A stretch of 64,000 bases of DNA, taken from the NCBI RefSeq assembly GCF_964194025.1, contig NC_134480.1, forward strand, positions 186,001-250,000, written 5' to 3'. Shown here piece after piece: positions 61,324-64,000 of this stretch (positions within the stretch are counted from its first letter, which is position 1; every line of letters begins with the position of its first letter). A program made the translations under genes and the position numbers. The DNA is from Convolutriloba macropyga. Lineage: Eukaryota. The notes under the pieces were generated by a model that did no database searches, was not told where the DNA came from, and saw only the letters and a list, made by a program, of their open reading frames with translations.

Positions 61324-64000
61324 ATGAATGTTTTGCAGATCAATGCACGAAGCCTGGTGAATTACGAAATACGCTTCCTTCAATCAAATGCTATCAGCTT
61401 ATGCCAGCCTGCCGTGATTTGTATTTGTGAAACATGGCTCAATAACAAAATAAGTGATTCCGAATTACTGTTAAATGACTACTTAATCTTTCGCTCAGAC
61501 AGAAAATCCACCGAAGACAAGAATTCACATGGCGGCACACTCATTGCTATCCAAAGTGCCCTCAACTGTCGTCGATTGGTACTGGATGACGTCGACAGTT
61601 GTGCTATCTTCGAAATTCAAGTAAACAAGAGCAAAATATTTTTCTGTTCCCTCTACAACCCCCCGAAGGCCAGCCCCTATCGATACTCAAATGAAGACTT
61701 TGAGAAAATTTTATCTTGCATCCCAAAAGACTGCATAGACTTCGTCTGTGGAGACTTGAAATTCCCCAATACGAATTGACTCTGAAGAAAATTCTGTACT
61801 TGAACTCTTCGAAAACAGAATCTTCCGTCAATCGACTGGCTTCCCAACCTGTAGCAAGAACGTTCTTGATGTCGTATTCCACCAAAATTGCAGCGTGATT
61901 TCAACAAATGCAGATGCTTTTACGAAAATTTTCAACTGTTCTGGCCACATTGGGATCAGTAGCACAATCGAATTACCACATATAGTTCAAAATAGTACCA
62001 GAGAATTATATTGGAGTTTTGGTTCAGCTGATTTTGACAAAATAGCCAGTGAGATGGAGCAAACTCCCTTCCTGCCAACATGTTTCACTAACATTGACAA
62101 CTTCTATGAAGAACTCGAAGAATACCTGGCGAACCTCATATGCAAGAATGTCCCATCGAGAACTAGGCACCGTCAAACTCTCCCTCCCTGGATCAAACCA
62201 AGCACGTCACATCTGTTACGAAAATTAGAGACCCAATAAAAGAGGCTTGTTTTGAGACCTAAAAGCAATCGGAAAACCTTCGTAGCTAAATTCCAAAACT
62301 TGGTATCCGACCTGATCGAACAAGATCGTAAAGAAAATCAGAATCTTTTGCTAGGATCAGGAGCTACCGGACTGATCTTTAAGCATCTCAAAAGTCTGAT
62401 AAAGGTGTCAAACTTTCCATCTGAAATGGAGTACGACGGCAGAACTGCATATACAACCCAAAACCAGGCCTCTCTTTTCTTTTAATCTTTTCTTCAACTC
62501 AGTGCTCTCCGCCAAATAACCCTTCAGAATCGCAGATATTAAAGTTGAAAATCCAACGCAGACAAACTTCAGCATCTCCAAAGCCAATATCAAGTCCATC
62601 CTACTAGAACTAGATATAACAAAGACCCGACGCCCCAATGGCATCCCACCAATCTTGTACCAGCGAACGTCCGAGCAGATGAGTTTAACACTCCACAAAG
62701 TTTTCAAAAACATCAAGCGACTAAAAAGATTGCCAAGAAGTGGAAAGTAGCCGCAGTAAGTCCCATCTACAGAAAAGGCAACAGGAAAATGATGAACAAC
62801 TATCGCGGAATATCCCTCCTTAATATAGACAGCAAATGTTTTGAGAAATGCATGTATGAGCCTCTCTACATTCATTTTGTACAATTCATGAGTGATCATC
62901 AGCACGGTTTTGTGCGAAAAAGGTCGACATTAAGCAACATGATAAAATTTCTTCAAAGAGTGCATCAGTCACTGGATTGCAAGAAGGAAGACAATGTAGT
63001 CGCTTTTTACTCCGACTTCTCAAAGGCGTTTGACCGCGTGCCGCACCGTCTACTACTAGAAAAGTGTGCTTCAATTGGAGTCGGTGGTTGCTTCCTCGAA
63101 ATCCTCCATGATTACCTGTCTGGAGGGGAACAGTTTGTTCGAATGAATAGTTGTTCCTCTGCAACTCTCAAAGTTACAAGCCGTGTCCCACAGGGCTCCC
63201 TGCTCGGGCCCCTAATATTTTACATCTTCATCAACGACCTACCTGACTTGTTGAAATTCAGCGAACCATTCATCTTTGCAGAGGATCTAAAGCTCCTTTG
63301 CACATGAAAAGCCGACTGGCAAATTCAAGAAGACCTGAACAGCATTCAGCATTGGGTGAAGACTAACAAAATGGATCTGACAATTGAAAAGTGCGCTGCA
63401 CTGAAAATCCAACACCATTCCGGAGATCTGATGTTAGGCACAAGCCAACTGCACAGCGCTGAATCCATCAAAAATCTTGGTATTTTTGTAACTAAAGACA
63501 TGACCTGGTCTCTACACGTCTTCTAAAGACTCAAGAAAGCCAACAGGGCTCTTTACCTGCTCCGAAGAAACGTTTCGCCGAAAGTCAATGTGTCTGTCAA
63601 ACTCGGACTTTACAAATCTATTCTTCTGCCAATACTGCTCTAAGGAATGAACTGCGTACGGTTGAGCCGTGGTTCAACCAGAGACTAAGAGAGGATTCAA
63701 AAACGTGCCCTGAACTGGGTCTGCTATGAATCCAATCGAAGCTACCTCCAACAGCTACGTCTCTTCAACTTACTACCACTTCCGCTCTTCATATAGTGCA
63801 ATGACATTCTGCTCATGTCCATACTACTTGTTGAAGGAGAACATAACATGAACATTCCAACTTGCATCCCTGAAACTGGTAGGTCCACAATGTTTTCCAG
63901 CTAAACAATTGCAAGAAAGAAAAGACTCGTGGAGAATTTGTCTACCGTACATGCAGAATCATAAACAGAATAAACGAAACAATCCAGTTTGCCAATTCTC
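61324..64000 (+). pseudogene. CR1/L2-type LINE ORF2 (APE endonuclease + reverse transcriptase), disrupted, runs to the window edge
   Basis: NARSL, ICETWL, GDL.FP, NYRGISLL, DFSKAFDRVPH, PQGSLLGP, FAED (degenerate YADD). Confidence 0.92.

Overview
Eukaryotic (metazoan-type, AT-rich, repeat-dense) genomic DNA. The centrepiece is a complete but decaying 15.15-kb Polinton/Maverick (adintovirus-type endogenous virus) at 14902-30053. It has AGTAGT termini, a 6-bp GTCACG target-site duplication and ~890-bp terminal inverted repeats. It encodes a protein-primed PolB (N-terminal C2H2 fingers, OTU-like and Vsr-like domains), adenain protease, major and minor capsid proteins, core proteins, integrase, packaging ATPase and several accessory ORFs. 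Each TIR holds seven conserved ~48-bp repeats separated by more variable ~65-80-bp spacers. The element lies in intron 2 of a minus-strand WDR93-like gene (five exons recoverable). The window is also full of non-autonomous Helentron/DINE-1-like elements of several families that nest inside each other at a fixed A-tract next to the host element's terminus, and that are amplified into a mosaic tandem array at 1-8.7 kb. The right half has an ~8.4-kb tandem duplication carrying RNASEK, a histone H2B gene split by a 3.6-kb TIR/TSD-bounded insertion (with CRE-type retrotransposon cargo) that could be removed exactly as a GG-AG intron, and a decayed CR1/L2-type LINE. All family assignments come from motif recognition by eye; no searches were run.
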